A stretch of DNA of 64,000 nt from an uncultured delta proteobacterium (lineage in GTDB: Bacteria; Desulfobacterota; BSN033; UBA1163). Below are positions 19,921-30,394 of this stretch, piece by piece. Below the pieces are notes generated by a model, which was given only the letters and a program-made list of their open reading frames with translations, was not told the DNA's origin and did not search any database. Position 1 is the stretch's first letter. Each line of letters begins with the position of its first letter. The stretch spans positions 1,152,001-1,216,000 of the forward strand of contig CAWHBU010000003.1 in assembly GCA_963827685.1 (NCBI GenBank), written 5' to 3'. The translations under genes were made by a program, and so were the position numbers.

Positions 19921-22900
19921 ATGAAGCCGATTGACAAACATTATTTACGGCTGCAGTTCCGGAACAAGGTCTATCAAAAGAATGCAACCGAATTTCAGAC
20001 CTTTTTTGAAGATATCATGCAAGAAGCCTTCCCTGATTTTCAGAAGATTCGGCCTTACGGAAACCAGGGTGATCGTGCGAATGACGGATACAAACCAGAC
20101 AAGGGAATATACTACCAGGCTTACTCGCCCCAAAAACCGCGAGAAAAGGAAGCAGATGCTGCCAAAAAGCTCAAAAATAATTTCGAGACATTAAAGGCAA
20201 ATTGGAATCAAATCTCCAACATAAAAACATATAATTTCGTTTTTAACGATAAAAACTTTGGAGTAAGCATCGAGATCGAAAGAGCCTTGGCAGAATTGAG
20301 AGATGCTAATCCTCACATTACCTTCAACAAACTCATTGCCAAGGATTTAGAGGACATTTTTTTCACACTGAAACCTGACCAAATGCTTGCACTCGGATTT
20401 GATATTGATTCAAGAAACGCTCTTAGCAACGCACGGGAATCCTTGGCTAAACTAGAAATCGATTTGGACAGAGATAATGGGAGATTTGTTTTGAGAGCTT
20501 TGGAAAATCATAAAGATATTATCTCCAGCCTGAAAGATGAAAGCCTTCTCGTAGACTACGAAATCCTGGAGTGCGGGGCACTACAAAAACTCGAAAGGGT
20601 TAAGGAAGCAAAACAGAAATACGAGAATCTTTGCAAGAGATACCCAAATGACCCCCGCGCCTTCTTATATTTAGCCGAAATTCACTTAAATAATGACGAT
20701 TTCGACAAAAACGAAAAGGCTTTAAGAGAAGCCGAAAGAATCGACAGCAGCCACTGGCTCTTACGACTCGAAAAGCTCATCAGAGAGCGCCGACTCGGAA
20801 TCCAAATTGACCTTACACAGATTGATGAAAACAATTTTCCCACTGAATCCAGAATAAGATCACGGTTCTACCGCTTATATGCAGCCTTCCTCCTACTGGC
20901 AGGCGATCAAGCAAGAGCACAAAGCTTCATTGAAAGAGCTATAAATCTAAACCCTCAAGGAATTAATAACTACATTACTAAACTTTCGATTTCAGAAGGG
21001 CATATCTTCTCCCAAATCGACAATAAAGAAAGGCTGCAAAGCGAGGCGGAGGACCTCTTATCGGAAATTGATACTCTGCAAGAAAAGGTTAATGAATGGG
21101 GTGGCTTAAGCCCAAGAAATCAAGCCGTTCTCACCCTTCAAAAACTTGATGCGCTCCGAGTGCTGGAAAATGTTCCTGAAGTTGAAAGGCTTGCAAAAGA
21201 GAGTTTCGAGCTGATAACGCAATGTTACTTTGACTACTTGATCGATAGTCTCCTCACCGAATTCTTGACGTTCATTGTATTACCCCCAAACGAGCTTGAC
21301 AAATTATTACAGTACCTACAAGGGGCGGAAAAATGCATATCAGACGGCTTGGCAAGAATGATTACTATTCAATTCACTCTCAAAACAACCCTTTTTACCG
21401 AAGGGAAAAAATTTTTTGAAGCAACAAAGAAAAAGGACATTTGGGAGTTTATCGATAATTTAGAGAAGAAAGAATACGATGCAGCCCTGATCTTCCTGAA
21501 GGAAGACCTGTGATTCGCTGTCGCAATGGCAAACACGGCCAAACAGTTTCCTGATTTGCGAAAAAAGATAATTGAGAACCTGCCAGACGACGGAAACATT
21601 CAGAAAGAAAAACTTCTGCTTCTTCTTAATTACGACGAAAAGAACATAAATGAAGCCTTTGATCTGCTTAAGGGAATGGATTTATCGAATTTAAGCTACC
21701 TTGAATGTAGGCCAATCCTAGAAATTGCCCAACAAAAAAAGGCCTGGGACTTCGCAATCAAAGTTGTCGAAAAACTTCTAAAGCACGAAAGAGACAAGCG
21801 GGTCGCTACCCAGCTGAGGCTTCAACTATTCTCAGCAAATTTCAACCTGGGAAGACTTCCAGAAGCCATTCAGATTGGAGGAGAAATATTATCCCATACT
21901 GAAGAGATAGCTTTCTTGGACGATCACAATAAGGAGGTCCTTCTTGGAAACACATTACTAGCGAGATTGAGGCGTGGTGAATACCCACAGGCCAAAGATC
22001 TCTTGGAAAAATACCCAACGCTTTCTAAGACTTTCGAATTTAAGGTCGTAGTTGAGGCACAGGTTTATTTAAAAAATAATGATGCTAATAAAGCTCTCGC
22101 ATCAGTCGTAGCAGGTGTAAAGACACGCAAAACACTCACTCCGGAACAATATGGTAGCCTTTATATGTTTTTCATTCATATAGAAAACCTCATTGATTTC
22201 CACCTCACCCCGCAGGAAAAAGTCCAAGCGGATTCTTTTGTAAAATTGAAAGATCAAGAGAGATGGTATTTTGTCGGAGATCACGAGGAATTGGATGCCA
22301 CAAAAGTCTCACCAACTGATGGAAAGTATTCTAAATTAATGGGCAAAAGCATTGGAGAAAAAGTTACTTTTGAGGATAAGTATCGTTCAACCACGACTGA
22401 ACATATAATAGAAAATATCCTGCCGATCGAAAAGTACATCCTTTGGCAGTGCATGCATCATGCCCAACAACTATCACTCGAACGTAGATGGAATGTGATG
22501 GAAATGATCGAGGTCCCCACAACGGGAGAAGGGATAGACACAAAATACATTGTTGCCCGACTAGAGGATGAAAGAAAGAAGAAAGGCGGCCTTTTTGATC
22601 TCTATTGTCGAGAGAATGTTCCTTTAGCATTTCTCGCGGTTAATGAAGGAGGTCTGAGAGGAGCAATCGCGCGCATAACCCAGGAAAACAGCGGTTTTAT
22701 AAAATTCAGTTCAGGAGATCCAACAGAGCTAAATCACCAGAAAGAGGTAGCAAAGAGAATCATTTCGGGTCAGCCTTTCTATATTGACGGCACATCCGCC
22801 TTAGTGCTTTCAGAACCGGGCATACTGGAAAAGATTTACGAGCACTTACCAAATCTCAAGGTTCCCCAGTCCGTAATCGCTTTCTTGCTAGAAACTGAAG

Positions 22901-23739
22901 GAAAATTCCGATACATGCCTGGACTTGCTGGATATATGGGATACGCCCAGGGAAGATTAACGTTTTCATCTGTTGATGAGGAAACGAGAGCAAGTATTCA
23001 AAGAAACTTTAAACATTCAATAAAACTTCTTGAATCCAAGCCCCAAAATATCACCGCCATTTCTACTGCAAATAAAGTAAATTCTTTCTGTGAACAAGAG
23101 GTCCAAGCAGAATTGTGTGATTCATGCGTATTAGCCCAAAAAGAAAGGGTCCCTGTTCTTACCGAAGATTTTCTCTATCTCCAAGCAAACGAACTTGATA
23201 CTAAAAAGAAGGCCCCCGAATACTGTTCTGCTTTTGCTCTGGCAAGGGTGCTGTACGAACAAAAGAAACTCACTTTCGAAGATTATTTGAAGTTTTTTGC
23301 TTACCTCTCTTCCTATCGTTTCAGATTCCTCCCCATCGCCACTGAGGATATCGGAAAGGCCGTGTTTGGTGATGGCACAATAATAATAGTACAACCTGAA
23401 AGAATTAGATGGTTCAATTTCCCTCTGACGCTGTCAGAACAATATGGTGTTCCTTTCGACCGCGCGTTTAGCGTGGTGGCAGGATTCCTGACGAACGTTG
23501 TGATTGATGATACCATATTCCCAGAAACCGCGGAACGAATCTTTGTTGAAATCCTCTCCACTTTCCCAACAGAAAAAGATAAGAGAATCTTGGGAAAAAT
23601 GTTCTTAACAATCAGCATTAAAGAAATAAATAGGATTCGGCAAACAATATTTATTGGAACCACGGCACAAAAGAAAATCGCTCTGCTTTCGCAGATTGCG
23701 GAAATTTATAGTCCAAAAACCAATCTATGGAAACCTTAA
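19921..23739 (+). pseudogene. ~1270-codon nuclease-like + TPR + GreA/B-C-like + PIN protein interrupted by one in-frame TGA (21511-21513)
   Basis: The two track ORFs are in the same frame (KEDL*FAVAMAN). N-term PYGNQGDRANDG (restriction-endonuclease-like), TPR helices, LMGKSIGEKV, PIN motifs FYIDGTSA and VLTEDF. Confidence 0.75.
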
Positions 23740-23752
23740 GAAAAGTAGGCCT

Positions 23753-23848
23753 GGGGGCAGACTTAAATATTGACATCTAAGGACAAAAAGAAAGATTGTC
23801 TTGTCTTTGAAGAGAGTAAGGAAAAATCTCAATTATTGAGTCTAACCC
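23753..23848. mobile_element. MITE-like GGGGTCAG-TIR repeat, copy 1
   Basis: gggggcagacttaaatattga...tcaattattgagtctaaccc; conserved core aggacaaaaagaaaga...gtaaggaaaaatct. Confidence 0.85.
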
Positions 23849-23940
23849 GAAAGATCCACGAAAACACCATTCTCACTGGGAAAAAAGGGCTTTTCCTATA
23901 GGCTGCTTCGTTGCATGGGAAGGAACAGAATTGAATTACC

Positions 23941-24525
23941 ATGAAACAATTCGGACTTACTGAAGATCAGTTCCAAGAGTTAATGCGGCTTTCTCGTCTC
24001 TACCGCCGAGAGGCTGACCGATCTATGGACGCAAAGGCTTATCTTGCGGGTTGTGTGATGATTGGGGCTGCCCTTGAAGCTTGCCTTCTTGCGACGTGTG
24101 ACTGCTATTCTGACGAGATTCCAGAAGAACTGATTCCTAAACAGAAGAATGGCAAGCCGAAATACCTCTTGGACTGGACTCTTTTTCAGCTTCTTCGCGT
24201 AGCGCGCGAGTGTGGCTGGCTTCCAGCACACCTGAACCTACACGAGAATTGGGACGAAAAGCGGGCTGATATCGGGGATTACGCTGTTGTGCTCAAGGAG
24301 ATGCGAAATTTGGTGCACGCAAGCTGTCACATCGCAGATTTCCCGAAATCCCGAGTCACTAAACGGCGAATGGAGATGTGTTTCGAGATTTTGGAGGTAG
24401 CCAGCACGCACTTGCAGGCCAAACTCTATCAGTCACTGAAGGTGGCAATGGAAGAAGAGGAAAAAAAACACCGAGCGAGTCGCCCCACCGCATGGCCGAT
24501 AAATCCGGCTCACAGTGAGCCGTAG
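23941..24525 (+). CDS. HEPN-like hypothetical cassette protein
   Basis: AYLAGCVMIGAALEA and MRNLVH (RxxxH-type) motif; 3' end runs into an attC-like site. Confidence 0.6.
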   Translation: MKQFGLTEDQFQELMRLSRLYRREADRSMDAKAYLAGCVMIGAALEACLLATCDCYSDEIPEELIPKQKNGKPKYLLDWTLFQLLRVARECGWLPAHLNLHENWDEKRADIGDYAVVLKEMRNLVHASCHIADFPKSRVTKRRMEMCFEILEVASTHLQAKLYQSLKVAMEEEEKKHRASRPTAWPINPAHSEP

Positions 24526-24533
24526 CGTTCGCC
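24470..24533 (+). other. degenerate integron attC site
   Basis: accgagc...gccgataaatccggc...GTTCGCC; shares gccgataaatccgg with the next site. Confidence 0.55.
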
Positions 24534-24572
24534 TTACATCAAAATATTTCGACGATCTATCCAGAGTGAGAA

Positions 24573-25436
24573 ATGAATACCAATACAAGCTTGATGGAAA
24601 AATTTATTGCAGATAGGAAGAAGCTGAAATCATATTCTAGCCTGAAATATGAATCGCGTGCTCCAAGACCATACCTTTTCATTGACCAGCCTGAAGTTCT
24701 TGCAGGCTTTGCCGGGTATTTAAAATTCCAATGCTTAAAGAAGGATCCCACGACCAAAGTCTTTTGCAGGGGACAGGTTAACGACTACCCAAGCATTCCA
24801 AGTCTTTTCAGAGGTAAAAACTTGTCCGATGACCACCTTAAACGAAGGCTGGCGGCATATGAAGCACTGGTCTGCAAAGCCAAGTACCTTTACAACGCCA
24901 GTCGCTTTCAGCAAGAGAACATTCATGCAATATTGCAGCATTATGGCCTAAAAACCCCCTGGCTCGATTTAGTCGACAATGTCTTCGTTGCTCTTTGGTT
25001 TGCAACTCACAAATATTTCGGTGAGAATAATGGAAATAAGGCGCACTACAAAATATCAAGAAAACAGTTTGGCCATATTTACTTTTACGCAACCACCCCA
25101 AAAACAAAGTATTTCGATTTAAGAGAAAAGCATTCATCGTTGAGCCTACGCTTGCATGTGCAGCATGGAATTTCAATTACGAGAAAAGAAATAAAATGGA
25201 CTCTCGCGAACAGATGTCTTGACGACCATCTTGTTGCAACAGTTAAATTCCCAAATGGAAAAGAATGGCGGCCTAGTGGCCAGATATTTTCCACAAGGTT
25301 TCTTTTTCCATCTACCGACCTCGATAATACATACAAATATCTAAAGATGAAGAAATTCAGCGAATTACTGAACGAGATCAGCCACAGATACCAACTAGGG
25401 GAAGATGAACTTGGCAGAGTCGCCGATTTCGGATAG
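24573..25436 (+). CDS. FRG domain protein
   Basis: VFCRGQ, PSLFR, LQHYGLKTPWLDL, VALWFA. Confidence 0.85.
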   Translation: MNTNTSLMEKFIADRKKLKSYSSLKYESRAPRPYLFIDQPEVLAGFAGYLKFQCLKKDPTTKVFCRGQVNDYPSIPSLFRGKNLSDDHLKRRLAAYEALVCKAKYLYNASRFQQENIHAILQHYGLKTPWLDLVDNVFVALWFATHKYFGENNGNKAHYKISRKQFGHIYFYATTPKTKYFDLREKHSSLSLRLHVQHGISITRKEIKWTLANRCLDDHLVATVKFPNGKEWRPSGQIFSTRFLFPSTDLDNTYKYLKMKKFSELLNEISHRYQLGEDELGRVADFG

Positions 25437-25473
25437 TCTTTTTCAAAAAGAAAAGATAAATGCACCAAAAAAA

Positions 25474-25536
25474 GCCGAACCAATGTATGCAGCGGATCGC
25501 CGATAAATCCGGTCCCTGGTGAACTTTGTGCTAGGA
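25474..25536 (+). other. degenerate integron attC site
   Basis: R'' GCCGAAC-caatgtatgcagcggatcgccgataaatccgg...GCTAGGA; R'' nearly complements GTTCGCC at this cassette's start. Confidence 0.65.
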
Positions 25537-25549
25537 GCAAAACGAAACA

Positions 25550-26152
25550 ATGAATTCCAACCAGTTCGCTAAGCTCAAGGGGTGGGTAGATTACGACCGC
25601 CCATTCCTCTCGCAATTGACCTACAAGCAGAAAATAATTTGGTTACGGCGGCGATTGAACCTAACGCTGATCAAACCACTGAAATATGTTTATCGAGGAG
25701 TGTCGCGTAGCTCGCAACAATCGGCACTCTTAATTCTTGCCACGATAATTTGTTGTGCAATCGAGGCTATGGGCAAATTTTATATCGGGGGAAGAGGCAA
25801 CAACCATTCCAGGTTCAATGGGTTTCTAAGAGGATTCATGCACAGTGATTTTATGAGTCACAGCATCCAGGGAATGAGGTATGGCGATATCCTCTGGTAT
25901 TACTTTCGCAATGGCTTGGCTCATGGGTTTGCCATTTGCCATGGTGGATTTGAATACCAGGACAGTTATTTTTCAGTCAAGATTAATGGTCCCAAAGAAA
26001 CTCTCTTAATCGACCCTAAGAACTTTCTCGACAACTTTTTAAACGGAGTTAAGAAATACCTCGACGCTCTCCACAAATCGTCACCAACAAGAGACAAAGT
26101 CGCTCGAGATTTCGAAAAGGTTTTCAAGAGTGTGTTCATCGATGGGAAATAG
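25550..26152 (+). CDS. HEPN-like hypothetical cassette protein
   Basis: CCAIEAMGKF..., FRNGLAH motif; followed by CCCCAAC-aaatcattcgaccgg attC left half. Confidence 0.6.
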   Translation: MNSNQFAKLKGWVDYDRPFLSQLTYKQKIIWLRRRLNLTLIKPLKYVYRGVSRSSQQSALLILATIICCAIEAMGKFYIGGRGNNHSRFNGFLRGFMHSDFMSHSIQGMRYGDILWYYFRNGLAHGFAICHGGFEYQDSYFSVKINGPKETLLIDPKNFLDNFLNGVKKYLDALHKSSPTRDKVARDFEKVFKSVFIDGK

Positions 26153-26312
26153 GGCCCCCAACAAATCATTCGACCGGATGTTCAAAACGTCAGTCACTTC
26201 AAACGGAGACACGTCCGTAAGGCCACCGCCAGAGGACCTGCCAGGGGAGGACCTGCCAGGGGGACGTAGTTGAAAAATAACACTTTACAGATACGGAAAT
26301 GTATAGAACCCT

Positions 26313-26409
26313 GGGGTCAGACTTGAATATTGACATCTAAGGACAAAAAGAAAGAATGTCTTGTCTCTGAAGAGAGTAAGGAAAAATCTCAATGATTGAT
26401 TCTGACCCC
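26313..26409. mobile_element. MITE-like GGGGTCAG-TIR repeat, copy 2
   Basis: ggggtcagacttgaatattga...tcaatgattgattctgacccc. Confidence 0.9.
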
Positions 26410-26479
26410 GAATACACCGTTCTCACTCGTCAAAACGACTTTTTCTACAGGCTCGTTATACCCAAGGAGGCGTAGCCGA

Positions 26480-27916
26480 ATGACCGCTCCCAAGCTTTTC
26501 ATTTCCTACAGCTGGTCAAGCGCCGAACACGAACAACGGATCCTGGATCTCGCAACAGAGTTGCGCGAGTCCGGCGTGGACGTCATCTTGGACAAATGGG
26601 ATCTCAAGGAAGGGCATGACGCCGTTGTTTTCATGGAGCAGATGGTTACCAATCCTGAGATCAAGAAGGTCGCAATCATCTGCGATGAGACATATGCAGC
26701 GAAGGCCGATGGCCGTGCTGAAGGCGTAGGAGCAGAGACACAGATCATCTCAAAGGAAGTCTACGAGAACCAGGCCCAGGAGAAATTTGTCGCTGTCGTG
26801 ACCGAAAAGGACGAAAACGGGAAGCCGTTTCTCCCAACGTACTACAAATCGCGTATTTACATTGATCTTAGCGAAGCCGACCGGTACGCAGAAAATTTCG
26901 AGCGACTGTTAAGATGGATATTTGACAAGCCCCTCTACGTCAAACCCGAGCTTGGAAACAGGCCATCTTTCTTATCTGAAGGCGCACATGTTTCTCTGGG
27001 CACGGCTGTCCTCTTCAAGAGGTGCATAGATGCCATAAAAAACCATAAGGCATACGCTGAGGGCGCGTTCGACGAATACTGCAGTTCATTTACATCAAAT
27101 CTGGAACGCTTCAGGTTATTAAAACCGGAAGGAGAGTTTGATGATGCGGTAGTCAAGAACATAGAAGAATTTCTGCCATATCGCAATGAACTTATTCAAC
27201 TATTGACTACGGTTGCTCGGTACTCTCCAACCCCGGAATTCACACAACGAATTCATCGTCTGTTCGAGAGCTTGATCCCGTATATGAACAGGGCTCCGAA
27301 CATTACACATTGGAACGAGTGGGATTTCGATAACTTCAAGTTCACAGTACACGAGTTGTTCCTGTATGCGTTGGCTGTGCTCTTGAAGGATGATCGGCTA
27401 TATCAAGCGAATCTTCTTCTTCAACAGCAATATTATTTGCCAGGGAATTCAGACTATGGTCGAGATGCAATGGTCAGTTTTGTGGTTTTCCGGCAGCACA
27501 TGCTATCGCTAGAACATCGCAACACCCGATTGGATCTCCGCCGGGCATCCATTCGAGCCGATTTATTGAAGGAACGATGTAACGGAACAGGAATCGACTT
27601 CCGTTATCTAATGCAAGCGGATTTCGTCGCCTTCATGCGCGCGGAGGTTGAAGCGAAGAACGACTGGAGCCGTTGGTGGCCTGAAACGTTGCTCTATCTC
27701 GGGCACTTCAATAGCCCATTCGAAATTTTTGCCAGATCTGTTTCGAAGACCTACTTCGATAGGGCCAAGGTATTACTTGCCATTGATACTCCGAAGGATC
27801 TAGAGCCTTTACTCAAGAGCTATCAAGACTGCTCACGAACATTACCCAGATGGCCGTTCCAAGGCTTCAACCCTGCAGTCCTGCTTGGATACGAACACCT
27901 AGCCACTCGGCCGTAA
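26480..27916 (+). CDS. TIR/SEFIR-domain protein
   Basis: KLFISYSWSS.EH, GVDVILDKWDLKEG, FMEQMV, GVGAETQII; AAGGAGG RBS before ATG 26480. Confidence 0.85.
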   Translation: MTAPKLFISYSWSSAEHEQRILDLATELRESGVDVILDKWDLKEGHDAVVFMEQMVTNPEIKKVAIICDETYAAKADGRAEGVGAETQIISKEVYENQAQEKFVAVVTEKDENGKPFLPTYYKSRIYIDLSEADRYAENFERLLRWIFDKPLYVKPELGNRPSFLSEGAHVSLGTAVLFKRCIDAIKNHKAYAEGAFDEYCSSFTSNLERFRLLKPEGEFDDAVVKNIEEFLPYRNELIQLLTTVARYSPTPEFTQRIHRLFESLIPYMNRAPNITHWNEWDFDNFKFTVHELFLYALAVLLKDDRLYQANLLLQQQYYLPGNSDYGRDAMVSFVVFRQHMLSLEHRNTRLDLRRASIRADLLKERCNGTGIDFRYLMQADFVAFMRAEVEAKNDWSRWWPETLLYLGHFNSPFEIFARSVSKTYFDRAKVLLAIDTPKDLEPLLKSYQDCSRTLPRWPFQGFNPAVLLGYEHLATRP

Positions 27917-28055
27917 CCAGGACGGGAAATGGGGGACGTAGGGAAAAATGCAACTCTTCAGTGTTGATACAAGATTAACCATTTTACGCAGCTAATTTAA
28001 TGCTAGAAGGAGAAGCTTTGAAGGTTAGACAGAATGTTGGAGGTCGATTTTTTGA

Positions 28056-28511
28056 ATGAAAGCAACGATTCGATCAAAATCTGATCAGGCGTTTAGACAG
28101 TCTGTCCGACCACTTGGTTTGTTTTTCTTGCTAGCCAGCATTATGATGATCCAGGTCTTCTTTGTTTTTCCAGATGAAGACTGGAGTCAATTTCCATTCC
28201 CTTTTCTCCACTCGGTAGTTGGGAAAAAGTTGTTAATTGCCTTTTCTGATGTCTTGCTTTTTTATATCGGTTTTGGTCTTCTGAGAAAATGGAAAATTGC
28301 ATGGTATACGCTATTCGTATATATCATTAGTGGAACAATATGGATAGCTTTAGGGGCTATCTTTGATTATTTCCCAGGTAATGTTCCAAAATACCTTATG
28401 GGTATGGCAGCCATCTTGATCAATGGGGGAATAGCTATAGGCATCTACTTTGCTACGCGTCCTGCTTTCGTTAATTTACAGAGGGACCAGATGGACGTAG
28501 TTGAAAAATAA
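28056..28511 (+). CDS. hypothetical membrane protein (4 TM)
   Basis: Hydrophobic ORF with GGAGG RBS; 3' end runs into the ggacgtag repeat. Confidence 0.65.
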   Translation: MKATIRSKSDQAFRQSVRPLGLFFLLASIMMIQVFFVFPDEDWSQFPFPFLHSVVGKKLLIAFSDVLLFYIGFGLLRKWKIAWYTLFVYIISGTIWIALGAIFDYFPGNVPKYLMGMAAILINGGIAIGIYFATRPAFVNLQRDQMDVVEK

Positions 28512-28544
28512 CACTTTACAGATATAGAAATGTGAAGAAGCCCT

Positions 28545-28640
28545 GGGGCCAGACTTAAATATTGAAATCTAAGGACAAAAAGAAAGATTGTCTGTCTTTG
28601 ACGAGAGTAAGGAAAAATCTCAATAATTGTTTCTGACCCC
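28545..28640. mobile_element. MITE-like GGGGTCAG-TIR repeat, copy 3
   Basis: ggggccagacttaaatattga...tcaataattgtttctgacccc. Confidence 0.9.
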
Positions 28641-28652
28641 GAAGATTTTTAT

Positions 28653-28725
28653 TCCTGACGCGGATTAGCCGCGTCAGCTTTTGGGTATTGCTGATTGCCC
28701 CCGCAGGTTATGCAAATCGTTAGGG
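28653..28725 (+). other. attC site lacking its left (R'') end
   Basis: ctgacgcgg-atta-gccgcgtcag hairpin...caggttatgcaaatc-GTTAGGG directly after MITE copy 3. Confidence 0.6.
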
Positions 28726-28737
28726 CATATACAGACA

Positions 28738-29343
28738 ATGATGTCGAACCTCCACCATAGCGATGATTCAGTGGATTTCTGGGTGTGGATTAATCCGCAG
28801 AATTGGCTCGTAAAGCACCAGATTACTTTCACCGGAGGTTTCACGTCAGGCGGTTTGCTCAAGAAGGGAGCGTCAAATCTGATGTTCATTCCTAATCCTG
28901 AGTTCAAGTCAGATATCACCCCTTTTCAATTCGGCATCATGCGGGAGTACATGGCGGAATATAACCTCGAACTTGGGAGAGAACGTTATTTTGCTGACTA
29001 CCCCAGCCGTTTGAACGCAATCTACCTCTTTACCTCTGAGGCCGAAGCGCATAAATACAAAGAGAGACATATGCAACACGTAGGCGACAGAATCCTCAAG
29101 AAAGTTCACTCGGTGACCCCTTGCGTGTATTCCGTCCATGATTCCAGTTGGGTGGACTTTCTTCGTCTGGCGCACTCTGTGGATTCGGTGTCCCTTGATA
29201 ATGTTAGTAAGGCATACTGGGGTGGCGTGCGCGTCGAGGACAACAAGTTGTTGTCAATGGGAGCGCCTTGGTCACAAGAGGCAATCTTCGAAGCTTTGTT
29301 CCTTGGCCGTATTGAGTTCTATGACAGAAACCTTGATCGCTAA
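28738..29343 (+). CDS. DUF2441-like protein (possible ADP-ribosyltransferase fold)
   Basis: RERYFADYPSRLNAIYLF, YW and terminal E.L motifs. Confidence 0.6.
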   Translation: MMSNLHHSDDSVDFWVWINPQNWLVKHQITFTGGFTSGGLLKKGASNLMFIPNPEFKSDITPFQFGIMREYMAEYNLELGRERYFADYPSRLNAIYLFTSEAEAHKYKERHMQHVGDRILKKVHSVTPCVYSVHDSSWVDFLRLAHSVDSVSLDNVSKAYWGGVRVEDNKLLSMGAPWSQEAIFEALFLGRIEFYDRNLDR

Positions 29344-29404
29344 CAACTCGTGCACCGGACGTAGAGCATAACTGCGTGCCACGCCAGTGAGCACCGCGTT
29401 GGGC
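29338..29404 (+). other. integron attC site (intact-looking, 67 bp)
   Basis: CGCTAAC-aactcgtgcaccggacgt...acgccagtgagcaccgc-GTTGGGC; the gene stop lies in R''. Confidence 0.85.
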
Positions 29405-29487
29405 TGATATTGAATCAGCAAAGTCTTAAGATGGACTCAAGTCTTTTATGCACGATATTGGCAGCTGAAAAGGAGGTGGATGTTCTG

Positions 29488-29802
29488 ATGATTAACAGCA
29501 TCATAGCTATCATTTCGTTGTTAACATCCATAATAGCGATAGTTATTTCTATAATGGCATTCTCGTGGAATAGAAAAATTTCAATGCTTCAGGCAGACGA
29601 TAACATAATTAATTATGTGTCTGCTATTTTCAATTTTCTTGAAAAATCAAAATCGCTAGGACCAGATGAACGTGAACTATTTAAAGCTCTTCTCCGTGAT
29701 AGCACCTTTCTGGGGCCAACTACTAAGGAGTTGATAACAGAGAAATACTTCTCCCGTTGGCAAGTTGATGAAGAGCTGGAGAAATATTTTAAATCTATTT
29801 AG
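29488..29802 (+). CDS. hypothetical single-TM cassette protein
   Basis: AAGGAGGT RBS; cassette bounded by GTTGGGC (29398) and its exact complement GCCCAAC (29816). Confidence 0.7.
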   Translation: MINSIIAIISLLTSIIAIVISIMAFSWNRKISMLQADDNIINYVSAIFNFLEKSKSLGPDERELFKALLRDSTFLGPTTKELITEKYFSRWQVDEELEKYFKSI

Positions 29803-29849
29803 TGAAAATTTCGAAGCCCAACCAGTAGGTTTAGTAGGACTGCAGGCAT

Positions 29850-29945
29850 GGGGTCAGATTTAAATATTGCCCTTAAAGGACAAAAAGAAAGAATACCTTG
29901 TCTTTGAAGAGGGTAAGGAAAAATCTAAATAATTATGTCTGACCC
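29850..29945. mobile_element. MITE-like GGGGTCAG-TIR repeat, copy 4
   Basis: ggggtcagatttaaatattg...taaataattatgtctgaccc. Confidence 0.88.
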
Positions 29946-30016
29946 GAAAGACTCCGAAAACACCCTTCTCACTGGTCAAAAGGACTTTTTCTACAGGCTC
30001 GTTGGTCGGAGAAGAT

Positions 30017-30355
30017 ATGAAATGTCCGCAGTGCGATAATGACTTCTTGTTGACGTGGAAGCGATATATCAAAGCCCCATTGGGCAGGGTGTCCTGTCCT
30101 TCTTGCCATGCAAAGCTCGTATGCACGCATCGTTGGTTCTATTGGCCACTCATGATTCTAGGTTGTTGTATTCTGGGTATTCCTCTGGCCATATTGGGTG
30201 CGAACTATGGTGTTGCCGGCGCCCTGACGGGTTGGTTTATCGGTGCGTTCGGCGTCGGAATCCCATTTGATAGGTTTCTTGAGATCAGGCTCTCAGTGCT
30301 GAGGATGAGACAGAATGAGACGTCCAACAAGCCGACTGGAGGCGATGTCCAATAG
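30017..30355 (+). CDS. zinc-ribbon membrane protein (cassette)
   Basis: CPQC...CPSC followed by two TM segments. Confidence 0.7.
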   Translation: MKCPQCDNDFLLTWKRYIKAPLGRVSCPSCHAKLVCTHRWFYWPLMILGCCILGIPLAILGANYGVAGALTGWFIGAFGVGIPFDRFLEIRLSVLRMRQNETSNKPTGGDVQ

Positions 30356-30381
30356 GGCGCGCCTCATTCGCGATGTTATGA
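30322..30381 (+). other. integron attC site (60 bp)
   Basis: GTCCAAC-aagccgactggaggcg...cgcctcattcgcgat-GTTATGA. Confidence 0.8.
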
Positions 30382-30394
30382 GCAGACGAGGCAA

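Noticed and set aside
21511-21560. Selenocysteine or genome-wide TGA recoding
   Set aside because: No convincing SECIS hairpin, no Cys-type redox context, and many conserved genes here (porA, uvrA, nspC, speB) use TGA as a true stop.
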